Virus record (IMG/VR): IMGVR_UViG_3300036790_000261
Span: 24,725 to 88,724 of that record
DNA: 64,000 bases
From: a virus
Lineage: Duplodnaviria; Heunggongvirae; Uroviricota; Caudoviricetes
Direction: 5' to 3' (one strand)
Part shown: positions 29,233-37,780 of the stretch, piece by piece
Position numbering within the stretch: the first letter of the stretch is position 1
Layout of the letters: every line of letters starts with the position of its first letter
Translations under genes and position numbers: made by a program
Notes under the pieces: generated by a model
Told to the model about the DNA's origin: nothing
Databases searched by the model: none
Seen by the model: the letters and a program-made list of their open reading frames with translations, nothing else

Positions 29233-29820
29233 ATGCCCGCACCTCGAAAGCACCCTGACCCGGAGCTTGGTACGAAGTTCGGCTACGGAACTGTGCTCGC
29301 TCTCGTTACTTTTAAGCGCACGACGAACCGGCAAACCTGGGAACGCGGGGCTGTCCTTGGGTGTGACTGCGGGAACGAGTACCTCGCTGATTTGTCCGCC
29401 CTGTACCGCGGTAGCCGAAAATCCTGCGGGTGCAAGCGCAAGAAGAGAGGCTTCGTCGCTACGCCGGGATACGCGGGCCACGCTCTCTACTACACCTGGC
29501 ACGGCATGATGGACCGCTGCTACAACCCTGACGTCAGGAACTACAGGTGGTACGGAGGCCGAGGTATAACAGTCTGCTGTGAATGGCAGGGCCTGGAGGG
29601 TCTTCGCAACTTCGTTGTCTACGTCACCTGCGTTCTCGGGCCACGACCTACTGGATGCACGCTCGATCGGATTGACAACGCCTGTGGGTACGAGCCGGGT
29701 AACGTGCGCTGGGCGACAAGAGCTGAACAAGAAGAGAACAAACGCCTGTGGTGGGAAGACAGCACGACAGTTCGACAGCGCACAGAGAGGTGGAGGAAGA
29801 GCATGGGTTACGGAAGCTGA
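29233..29820 (+). CDS. HNH homing endonuclease
   Basis: Paralog of 12222-12767 gene; HNH block DRIDNACGYEPGNVRWATRAEQ. Confidence 0.75.
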   Translation: MPAPRKHPDPELGTKFGYGTVLALVTFKRTTNRQTWERGAVLGCDCGNEYLADLSALYRGSRKSCGCKRKKRGFVATPGYAGHALYYTWHGMMDRCYNPDVRNYRWYGGRGITVCCEWQGLEGLRNFVVYVTCVLGPRPTGCTLDRIDNACGYEPGNVRWATRAEQEENKRLWWEDSTTVRQRTERWRKSMGYGS

Positions 29821-29978
29821 GTTCCTGACGGGCGTTCCTGCACTGGTTTTCGTGTCTCACATGGCCCGTCGGGATGACCTTAGTCGCCTGAAATCTTTGC
29901 GTCTTGCATACTGTTAGGTAGGTCCTGAGGCCGTATGCGGAGCCAGGTTCTCGCCGGAGCGAATGACGAGGGAGAGCC

Positions 29979-30365
29979 GTGCCAGGGACCGAGGACAACC
30001 CCGTGCTGGGCCCGGTGCCTCAGCAGAAGCGCGGCCTGACCCGCCGGGAGAAGCTGTTCGCGGGCGCGATGATCTTGCTGTTCGTGGTGCTGAGCGCAGG
30101 CACCCTGATCAGCCAGCAGCTGCAGCAGAGCAGCTTCGAGACGACGATCACGACCAACCACAACGCGAACCTCCAGCGCCAGGCAGCGCAGTCCGCCGCG
30201 ATTGAGGCGAAGCTGTGCAAGACCCTGAAGCCGCTGGTCCCCCTGGCGAAGCTGAGGGCGCCTGCTGGTGACCCGGCGAGCAACCCGTCGCGTGCGTTCG
30301 AGCAGCAGCTTGTCATCAGGCTTGCCCCGCTCGCCCAGCTCGGGTCCGACATCGGGTGCCCGTGA
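29979..30365 (+). CDS. membrane protein
   Basis: GTG with GAGGGAGAG SD; one TM helix. Confidence 0.4.
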   Translation: MPGTEDNPVLGPVPQQKRGLTRREKLFAGAMILLFVVLSAGTLISQQLQQSSFETTITTNHNANLQRQAAQSAAIEAKLCKTLKPLVPLAKLRAPAGDPASNPSRAFEQQLVIRLAPLAQLGSDIGCP

Positions 30366-30727
30366 ACCCAGCGTGGGTTGCTGCGATTGTAGCCCTCGCC
30401 GGGATTGTCGCAACGGCCGTCGGCTGGCTGCTGCGCAAGTCTTACCATGCCTTCCGGACAATCGAGGCGTTTCGCGAGGACTGGAACGGCGTCCCGGCTG
30501 ACGTTAACCACGTGGCCCGCCCGGGTGTCTTGCAGCGGGTGAACATGATGGAGCAGACCGTTGACGGCCTGGCGGTCCAGCTGTCTGACGTGCAGGGTCA
30601 GGTGCACCTCAACAGCGGGCACTCGATGCGCGACGAGGTGCAGCGGATCGAGGCCGCGGTTGAGATGCTGACCGGCAAGATGGATGACGTGCAGAACACT
30701 GTGGACGTGCTGAAGGCCCGCCCCTAG
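30356..30727 (+). CDS. membrane protein with N-terminal TM and coiled coil (holin/lysis-accessory-like)
   Basis: WVAAIVALAGIVATAVGWLL TM then helical region. Confidence 0.4.
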   Translation: MPVNPAWVAAIVALAGIVATAVGWLLRKSYHAFRTIEAFREDWNGVPADVNHVARPGVLQRVNMMEQTVDGLAVQLSDVQGQVHLNSGHSMRDEVQRIEAAVEMLTGKMDDVQNTVDVLKARP

Positions 30728-30786
30728 GCGATTTCCCATTGGCGCGCGTTCATGGTTTGGCCTGGGGGCGGGCCTGACTGCCACGT

Positions 30787-30802
30787 GGCAGTTAGCAGAC
30801 GC
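30787..30802. promoter_or_regulatory. conserved palindrome ACTGCCACGTGGCAGT (copy 3)
   Basis: Between convergent gene ends (30727 + / 30899 -). Confidence 0.5.
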
Positions 30803-30898
30803 AGGAAAGGCTGTGCACGGTGCAGCCCCGGTTTACGCAGTACGAGCAGATAAGGCACATCGTGCAGCCGCGCCGGCGAGAACGCCGCATACGAGAGG

Positions 30899-31417
30899 TC
30901 ACTGCTTTCCTTCCTCCGGCTTCGCGTGACGGGCCGGGGGCGTTTCCTGCTTGGCCGCACGCTTCCGCCGGGCTTCCTCCCGGTCCCGGCGAACAGAGTC
31001 GGCGTGCTTGATCCGGCCGCCTGCCTGCCTGCCGAGCTTGCGGGCCAGGTTCTCCAGGGCCCGCTTGACCGCGATCGCGGTGCCGGTCTCCGGGTCGTAC
31101 TCGTCGGCGTTGTCCCGCTTGGACCAGCCGGTCGCCGTCATGATCGCCGGCCCGTACCCGTCAGCAGACAGGGTTGCCCGTGCCACAGTCGCGTGCGGGT
31201 CGGTGAGAACCTGCACCTGTACGAGAACCGACTCAGGAACGCCCGCCTGGACAGGAAAAGGCACAGGCACGGGCGGGTACGACGGCAGCTGGTACTGACC
31301 CTGCGGGGCCATCGGGGCGAAGATGCCCGGCTGTTGTTTCTTTGGCTTGTTCACACTTGTCACTTTCGTTTCGAGCAGGGGCATTCCGGGCAGCGGCACG
31401 TGCACGGCGGCAGGCAC
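30899..31417 (-). CDS. hypothetical protein (Pro-rich N-terminus)
   Basis: ATG ORF downstream of SPFH gene. Confidence 0.4.
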   Translation of the reverse strand: MPAAVHVPLPGMPLLETKVTSVNKPKKQQPGIFAPMAPQGQYQLPSYPPVPVPFPVQAGVPESVLVQVQVLTDPHATVARATLSADGYGPAIMTATGWSKRDNADEYDPETGTAIAVKRALENLARKLGRQAGGRIKHADSVRRDREEARRKRAAKQETPPARHAKPEEGKQ

Positions 31418-31508
31418 ACGCAGGGAGAGTACGTATAGACAGGGCCGCTGCCGCCCGCCCCCGAGCGCACGTTCACCGGGACTTGGTCACAGCACTTGTC
31501 GTCGTCCA

Positions 31509-32447
31509 CTACTTGCCCGCTGAGGCCGTCGGGATGACGATGCCCGACCCGCTGCCGGGCCAGCAGGAGCCGCCTGCCGGGACTGTGATCTGCCCGGCAG
31601 CCCAGGCGCTCATGCACTGCTGCACGAGGACCAGCGGGTTGTTGGCCAGGTTCTGCTCAAGCAGCTTGTTAGCTGCCGCCTGGGCAGATGCCGTCTTCTC
31701 TGCCTCGGTGGCAACGACTGTCTTGGCTGCCTGGTTGGTGGCCGCGTTGATCTGGTTCTGCACGGTGGTGTCGTAGGTCAGGGGCTTGAGGTTGAGGGTC
31801 GCGATGTTGATGTCACTGCCGACCCGTCCCTTCAGCGCTGTCTCGATCAGGCCACCTAGCTGGACTGTGCTCGGATTAGTCGGGCTGCCGGCCTTCGCGC
31901 CTGTGGCAAGCGGGGTGATCGGGTCGTACCCGTCGAGCACGGTGTTGGTGGCGGCGTTCAGCTCCGGGTCTAGCAACCCGCTCTGCAGGCCGGCTGTCGT
32001 CTTGTAGTTCGCGAAGATGTCGTCGGCCGCAGGGACGGCAGCGTTCCACCGAACCTGGACCGTTGCCTGCGCGGTCTGGCCGCCGGCAATGCGGACTGTG
32101 AACGTCTCGTCGGTCAGCTGGTAGCTGTCGTCGATGGTGGTGACGTTGTCCCAGGGCGCAGTCAGGTCGGGCCCTGGACCCTCGTGCCCGGCAAGCGCGC
32201 CGAACGACGTGACGATCCCGATGTCCCGGGTGCCGACGATGTTGAACGAGCTGACAAACACCAGCAGGCAGGTGAAGGCGGCGCAGGAGACAGCGAGGCC
32301 GAATGCCCAGGCATGCACGAGAGCGCCATCGGCCAGGCCACCGCGGGACGTCCTCTTGCCCTTCTCCGAGTGGCTGAGCCGCGCTAGAACAGCGAAGCCG
32401 ACTGTGAACGCCGCGACGATGATCGCGAAGGTGAAAATTCCTGACAC
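31509..32447 (-). CDS. SPFH/band-7 domain membrane protein
   Basis: N-terminal TM helices then SPFH-like core (TRDIGIVTSFGAL...PGPDLTAPWDNVTTIDDSYQ...ATVQVRWN). Confidence 0.5.
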   Translation of the reverse strand: MSGIFTFAIIVAAFTVGFAVLARLSHSEKGKRTSRGGLADGALVHAWAFGLAVSCAAFTCLLVFVSSFNIVGTRDIGIVTSFGALAGHEGPGPDLTAPWDNVTTIDDSYQLTDETFTVRIAGGQTAQATVQVRWNAAVPAADDIFANYKTTAGLQSGLLDPELNAATNTVLDGYDPITPLATGAKAGSPTNPSTVQLGGLIETALKGRVGSDINIATLNLKPLTYDTTVQNQINAATNQAAKTVVATEAEKTASAQAAANKLLEQNLANNPLVLVQQCMSAWAAGQITVPAGGSCWPGSGSGIVIPTASAGK

Positions 32448-32561
32448 GCAGGACTCACTTCCTGTTTTCGGGGGTGTGCATGCCTGATCTTAACTTACGT
32501 CGCACAGTAGGTATTCCGTTACCTCCGCTGGAATGTCGGGGTCCCTCGCTAAGCTGGCCGC

Positions 32562-32981
32562 ATGACAAGTGTGGACAGGGCAATCGCCGACGCGCTGACT
32601 GCCGAGTACCAGGGGCGGACCCAGCTGACCGGCCAGCCTGAGGTCGTCATCGTGGACGTACCGCCGGAGAGCAAGCTAGAGCAGCTGCTGTGCCTGGAGG
32701 AGAAGCTGCGCAGCGCGCACGAGGCGGCCGACGCCAACTGGGACGAGTGGAAGAAGGCGGTCAGCGGCGAGCTCGGCAGGCTGTACCCCGGTGAGGCCGC
32801 CCCGACCAAGGCATTCGAGATCACCGGCGGCCCGATGTGGAAGGCGCTGACGGTCAGCTGGCGCAACGGCAAGGAGTACCTGCCGACCACCCTGATCAAG
32901 CAGCACATCCCGCAGGTGTGGAACGCGTTCAAGAAGACGTCCGCGGGATACTGGGACATCAGGCGAAAGGGCAAGCGGTGA
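32562..32981 (+). CDS. hypothetical protein
   Basis: ATG with GGAGG-type SD. Confidence 0.4.
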   Translation: MTSVDRAIADALTAEYQGRTQLTGQPEVVIVDVPPESKLEQLLCLEEKLRSAHEAADANWDEWKKAVSGELGRLYPGEAAPTKAFEITGGPMWKALTVSWRNGKEYLPTTLIKQHIPQVWNAFKKTSAGYWDIRRKGKR

Positions 32982-33166
32982 GCCTGTCTAACGTCTGGGC
33001 CGAGGATCTCGACGACGTGTCCCTGACCTTCCTGTACCGCATCCTGAACCGGATGATCGAGAACGGGCACAGGGGGCTTGAATCAAAAAGCGAGCAGGAC
33101 ATCGCATGGGCGGTCAAGCATGAGTACGAGGAGCGGGCTGCGCTACCAGACACGCGGGTGTTCTAG
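32978..33166 (+). CDS. small hypothetical protein
   Basis: GTG overlapping upstream stop (GTGA). Confidence 0.3.
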   Translation: MSLSNVWAEDLDDVSLTFLYRILNRMIENGHRGLESKSEQDIAWAVKHEYEERAALPDTRVF

Positions 33167-34999
33167 ATGGGCCTGGCATCGGAGTTCATGGCCTCAGCAC
33201 CGCGCTCTCCTAATGCCAGCGACGCGTGGGCAGAGCGGTACGGCGGGGAGCTGCGCGGGATCGTCACCCGGTACGCCGCGCGGATGCCCCGGTCCGTGCA
33301 GAAGCACCTCGGCCCCTCGGAGCTCGGGCACGAGTGCCTGTCTGGCGACACCGAGGTAGTGACCCGTTACGGTCTCCGTCAGATCTCGGAGCTGGCGGGC
33401 GCTGAGCCCGAACTGCTCGTGCCGATGCGGTACGAGGGAAGCGAGATCCGGAAGCACTGGGGCAGGTTCCAGCAGGTTCCTGTCACCTGCTTCGGTGAGC
33501 GTGAGCTGCTTAAAGTCACACTGCGCCGGAATCAGGCAACGAAAGTCATCCACGCGACGGCAGACCATCACTGGTTCCGTTCGTACTGGTCGGGCAAGGT
33601 CAAGAAGCAGGAACGCCTTGCCACGACTGAGCTGAGACCAGGGCACAAGCTCACGCAGCTCCGCCGGGCGATGCCACGGACGACCGCGCTGATGCCTGTC
33701 GCCGTTGCGCAGGGGTTCGTGTTCGGTGACGGTACGAAGGGCAGCAGTGACAGCAAGCATCGGGCCGCCGTCCTGAGCCTGTACCAGAACGGCAAGGACG
33801 AGGCGATGCTGCGCTTCTTCCCGGGCGAGCACAAGCAGTACAAGGACTCCGGTCACGCGCATACCTACATCCGGAACCTGCCTCGTTACTGGAAGGAGCT
33901 TCCTCCTGTCGATGAGTCTTGCTCGTTCCTGGTCAGCTGGCTGGCCGGCTACTTCGCTGCCGACGGTTCAGTGGGCGCTGATGACGGGCACTGCTCGATC
34001 TCGTCCGCCGACTGGGCGCACCTGGATTTCGTGCGCAGCGTCGCTGCTGTCTGCGGAATCGGGTACGGGCAGGTTACGACTGGGCTGCGCATCGGGATCA
34101 GCGGGAGCAAGCCCGCGGCAAAAGCAACTCCGCTGTACCGGCTCAGCCTCCGGCGCAGAGACCTGCCTGCGTGGTTCTTCCTGGTCGAGGAGCACCGTCG
34201 CCGGGCAGAAACTGCTAACGCTACCGCTGAGCGTGATCCACACTGGCTGGTCGAGTCTGTCGAACCGACGGGCCGCGTTGAGCCGGTGTACTGCGCGACG
34301 GTTGAAGGCGCTCACGCTTTCGGCCTTGCCGATGACCTGATGACAGGCAACTGCGACCGCCAGGTAGTGGCGAAGATGTCGGGCAGCCCAGTTACTAATC
34401 ACGTGGCGGACCCGTGGGCGTCGATCATGGGCACGGCCGGGCACGCGTTCGTCGCGGACGCATTCGACTGGGACAACAAGCACAACAACTACCTGCGCTG
34501 GCTGACTGAGGCACGGGTTACCCCCGACCCCGGTCCCGACCCGCACCCCGGCACCGCTGACCTGTATGACACCTACAGCCGCTGCGTGATCGACCACAAG
34601 TTCCAGGGTGACTCCACCCGGGGCAGGCTGAAGTCCAAGGGCCCGCCGCGGCACTACTACGTGCAGCTGCTGCTCTACCGGCAGGGCTACCTGAACCTGG
34701 GGCTGCCCGTCGAGCGGGTGGTGATCGTCAGCTGGCCGCGAACGAAGTCGACACTGGACGACATGTACGTGTGGTCGCACGTGCCGGTCCCGGAGGACGA
34801 CCTGCTGGTGCGCGACGTGCTGGCGGCGACGGGGTTCCGGCAGTACCTCGCTGCCCTGGTGCGCGCCGGGCAGTTCGACCTGATGGACGTTCCCGCTGTG
34901 CCGGAAGATAACGAGTGCTATTTTTGCGGTCTCTACCGGCCCCAGTCGGCCCATGACGGCAAGTACGGCTGCGCGGGGACGCTGATGAAGGAGAAGTGA
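33167..34999 (+). CDS. Cas4/RecB-family PD-(D/E)XK exonuclease interrupted by an intein
   Basis: Exteins: DLYD...CVIDHKF...YYVQLLLYRQGY (D/ExK and QxxxY motifs) plus 1+3 Cys cluster (GHEC / CYFCG...YGC); intein between. Confidence 0.65.
   Translation: MGLASEFMASAPRSPNASDAWAERYGGELRGIVTRYAARMPRSVQKHLGPSELGHECLSGDTEVVTRYGLRQISELAGAEPELLVPMRYEGSEIRKHWGRFQQVPVTCFGERELLKVTLRRNQATKVIHATADHHWFRSYWSGKVKKQERLATTELRPGHKLTQLRRAMPRTTALMPVAVAQGFVFGDGTKGSSDSKHRAAVLSLYQNGKDEAMLRFFPGEHKQYKDSGHAHTYIRNLPRYWKELPPVDESCSFLVSWLAGYFAADGSVGADDGHCSISSADWAHLDFVRSVAAVCGIGYGQVTTGLRIGISGSKPAAKATPLYRLSLRRRDLPAWFFLVEEHRRRAETANATAERDPHWLVESVEPTGRVEPVYCATVEGAHAFGLADDLMTGNCDRQVVAKMSGSPVTNHVADPWASIMGTAGHAFVADAFDWDNKHNNYLRWLTEARVTPDPGPDPHPGTADLYDTYSRCVIDHKFQGDSTRGRLKSKGPPRHYYVQLLLYRQGYLNLGLPVERVVIVSWPRTKSTLDDMYVWSHVPVPEDDLLVRDVLAATGFRQYLAALVRAGQFDLMDVPAVPEDNECYFCGLYRPQSAHDGKYGCAGTLMKEK
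33335..34351 (+). mobile_element. intein (339 aa) with LAGLIDADG homing endonuclease
   Basis: N-splice CLSGDTEVV, block B TADHH, LAGLIDADG LVSWLAGYFAADGSVG, C-splice VYCATVEGAHAFGLADDLMTGN followed by Cys. Confidence 0.7.
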
Positions 35000-35088
35000 T
35001 GGGGTCTGTCACCTGCCTGCGCGGGTGCCCGTACTACGTTAAGGAGAACGGCGTCTGGGTGTGCGGCGTGTGCAGGACCCTGAGGTAG
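34999..35088 (+). CDS. 29-aa zinc-ribbon peptide
   Basis: ATG overlaps upstream stop; CxxxC...CxxC. Confidence 0.3.
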   Translation: MGSVTCLRGCPYYVKENGVWVCGVCRTLR

Positions 35089-35096
35089 GAGGCGCG

Positions 35097-35348
35097 GTGT
35101 ACCACGCGGAGCTGAACATGAACGAGGCCCGGCGCCGCGTGGTGCTGTCCACCGTCGGGGACACCGTCGCCGGGGACGTCTTCTACCTGGTTTCCGACCC
35201 GGCGGAAGTCTGGCTGCGGGTCTACCCGGCGGCGCACGAGTACCCGTTCGTGAAGTTCGGGGTCGACGTGTGGCACTCGGTCGAGACCCTCGGCGACCTG
35301 CGGGAGCGGGTCATCATCATCCACAACACCAAGGAGAGCAGCACGTGA
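35097..35348 (+). CDS. hypothetical protein
   Basis: GTG with GGTAGGAGG SD. Confidence 0.4.
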   Translation: MYHAELNMNEARRRVVLSTVGDTVAGDVFYLVSDPAEVWLRVYPAAHEYPFVKFGVDVWHSVETLGDLRERVIIIHNTKESST

Positions 35349-36007
35349 CTCAGCAGGGATACCGGCACCGGATCGTCATCCAGGACCGGTCAGGAAGCAT
35401 GGGCCAGATCCTCGAAGGCGCGCAGAGCGGCCTGGACGAGTTCATCGCCGGCGAGGCGAAGCTGCCGGGCAAGGTGACGGTCAGCCTGTGGGACTTCGAT
35501 ACTGAGATCCGCTGCGTGCACTCGCTGGCGGAGGCGGTCCTCGGGTACAAGATCGAGCCGCGCGGCGGAACTGCGATGTACGACGCGATCGGCGACGCGG
35601 TGACCGAAGAGGGCCGGAAGCTCGCGGCCCTGCCCGAGGACGAGCGGCCGGAAGACGTCACGATGATCATCGCGTCCGACGGGCTGGAGAACCGCTCCGT
35701 GAATTACACCGGCCAACAGGTGAGGGAAATGCTGGAGCACCAGCAGGGCTACTACAAGTGGCGGGTCATCTACATGGGCTGCAACCAGGACGCGCTGAAG
35801 GAAGGCGCGAAGATGGGCACCCAGTCGGGGCTGACGGTGAACACGGCTGGCACCAACTCCGGCGCTTCCAGGGGCTGGAAGATGTCATCGGACTACATGA
35901 GCCGGGTTCCCGTTGCCTCGGCGGCCTCCGGTCAGAGCGTCTTCTTCACCCCGAAGGAGCGGGCGCTTGGCGAGTCTGCCGAAGAGGCTGGCCCCGAGGA
36001 GGAGTAG
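35345..36007 (+). CDS. von Willebrand factor A (vWA) domain protein
   Basis: MIDAS DRSGSM, TAMYDAIG, IASDGLEN motifs; GTG with AAGGAGAG SD. Confidence 0.65.
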   Translation: MTQQGYRHRIVIQDRSGSMGQILEGAQSGLDEFIAGEAKLPGKVTVSLWDFDTEIRCVHSLAEAVLGYKIEPRGGTAMYDAIGDAVTEEGRKLAALPEDERPEDVTMIIASDGLENRSVNYTGQQVREMLEHQQGYYKWRVIYMGCNQDALKEGAKMGTQSGLTVNTAGTNSGASRGWKMSSDYMSRVPVASAASGQSVFFTPKERALGESAEEAGPEEE

Positions 36008-36314
36008 CTGCTAGGTTGGCACGCACGGAGCACCTGAACCGAACACCGACAGGCGTAACGTACGACGCTCAAAGTGACAGGTCAGGCAAAAGCTCCCAGG
36101 CGGAGGCAGTGTCCCCAGCGGGCACAGAATTCCCAGCTGACTCATTAACAGGCCTAACAGCCGGGGTCAGCCAGGGCTCAGGAAGTCCTCCAGGGCCAGG
36201 GTAGTTAGGGGCGGCGTCACAGCCAGGTACAAGGCGCCGGCGCCGCCCCGCACAAGGATCAATGCTCACGGACCATGGACAAGCTCAGTTCTCACGGACC
36301 AAGGACAAAGGATC

Positions 36315-37688
36315 TTGACTCAGCAGCCTTACCAGCAGCAGCAGGGATACCCCGGGCAGCCGAATTACGCTCCCGCCCCGGGGTACCCTCCTGCTCAGCC
36401 CGGTTACGCCGTTCAGCCGTACCAGCAGCAGCCTCCCCCTCAGCAGTACTACAGCCCGCAGCCCGCTCCGACCGGGTACCAGCCCCAGCAGCCGGGTTAC
36501 CCGCCGCAGAACGGCTACGGCCAGCCGCCCCAGCCCCCGCAGCCCGAACTGCCGCGCGGCAGCCTCAAGGACTACGTTGACCAGCCCGCGGGCGGCTTCG
36601 GCCCGTCGCTCGCGTTCCCCCAGGCGGGCACCCAGTACTGGTGCACCGTCGCGCGGAACGTCGGCGACGCGGACATCAAGCCGCAGACTGACATGATCAC
36701 CGGCGAGGTGCGGACGTTCCCGGACGGCCGGGTCAAGTGGATGATGTGCGTCCCGGTGCTGATGCAGCCGTCCCCGCAGTACCCGGAGGGCATCGCCACC
36801 TGGTACGTGAAGGGCAACGACCGCGCCGAGATGACCCGCGCGATGGAAGCGGCCGGCGTCGGGATCGACCCAGCGACCGGCACCCTGTTCCCGCCGCGCG
36901 CCGGCGACACCTTCCACGTGCACTTCACCCACGAGTCGGCCAGCAGCGGCAAGGGCCGGAACCCGACGAAGGTCAAGCGGGTCACCTACACGATGGGCAA
37001 CGGCGAGGCCCCGCCCCCGCAGGTCGTGCAGGGCCAGGTCATTCAGGCGTACCAGCAGGCGACGGGTCAGCAGATGCCCGGGGCCTTCAGCCAGCCGACG
37101 ATGCAGATGGCCCAGCCTGCCCTTGCGCAGCCGCAGAACCCGACGCAGCAGCTCCCGCCTGTTCTGCAGGGTTACAACCCCCAGCCGGGCTTCGCCTTTC
37201 AGCAGCCGCAGCTCTCGTACCCGCAGAACCCGCCGCAGCAGCCTCAGTACCAGCAGCCTCAGGTTCAGAACAGCATGCAGGGCGCTCCTGTTCCCCAGAA
37301 CGGTTACCAGCAGCCCGACTCTGCACTGGCGTACCAGCAGGCGACGGGCCAGCAGATGCAGCCTCAGCAGCCGGGCCCGTACGGTCAGCCGAACGCGGAC
37401 TGGAACCCGTACGCGCAGCAGCCTCAGCCTCCCCAGCAGCAGTTCGACCCGGCTCAGGCTCAGCAGTTCCAGCAGCAGTACCAGCAGCCGGCGTTCCCTA
37501 CGCCTGCGCCGCCTGTCCCGGGTGGTCCCCCTTCGGGTCCTGCTCAGCCCTCGGGTGCGCCGTCCCCTTCTAGTCCCCCGCCTGGCTGGCCAGCTGACGT
37601 GCCGTTCATGGAGGGGCTGACCCCGGAGATGGCCCGGGTCGCGGCGTCGGTGAAGTACCCGGGCACGCAGATGCCCCCTCAGCAGTAG
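36315..37688 (+). CDS. Pro/Gln-rich protein with central globular domain
   Basis: Low-complexity PQ-rich N- and C-termini flanking ~200-aa ordered core. Confidence 0.45.
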   Translation: MTQQPYQQQQGYPGQPNYAPAPGYPPAQPGYAVQPYQQQPPPQQYYSPQPAPTGYQPQQPGYPPQNGYGQPPQPPQPELPRGSLKDYVDQPAGGFGPSLAFPQAGTQYWCTVARNVGDADIKPQTDMITGEVRTFPDGRVKWMMCVPVLMQPSPQYPEGIATWYVKGNDRAEMTRAMEAAGVGIDPATGTLFPPRAGDTFHVHFTHESASSGKGRNPTKVKRVTYTMGNGEAPPPQVVQGQVIQAYQQATGQQMPGAFSQPTMQMAQPALAQPQNPTQQLPPVLQGYNPQPGFAFQQPQLSYPQNPPQQPQYQQPQVQNSMQGAPVPQNGYQQPDSALAYQQATGQQMQPQQPGPYGQPNADWNPYAQQPQPPQQQFDPAQAQQFQQQYQQPAFPTPAPPVPGGPPSGPAQPSGAPSPSSPPPGWPADVPFMEGLTPEMARVAASVKYPGTQMPPQQ

Positions 37689-37780
37689 CGAAACGGGCAG
37701 CGGAATGCTCTGGCCGTGCCGTATGTTACGTATGGCGTCGGCCGGAGCATTCTGGCGTCTACTGACTGACAAGGAAACGC

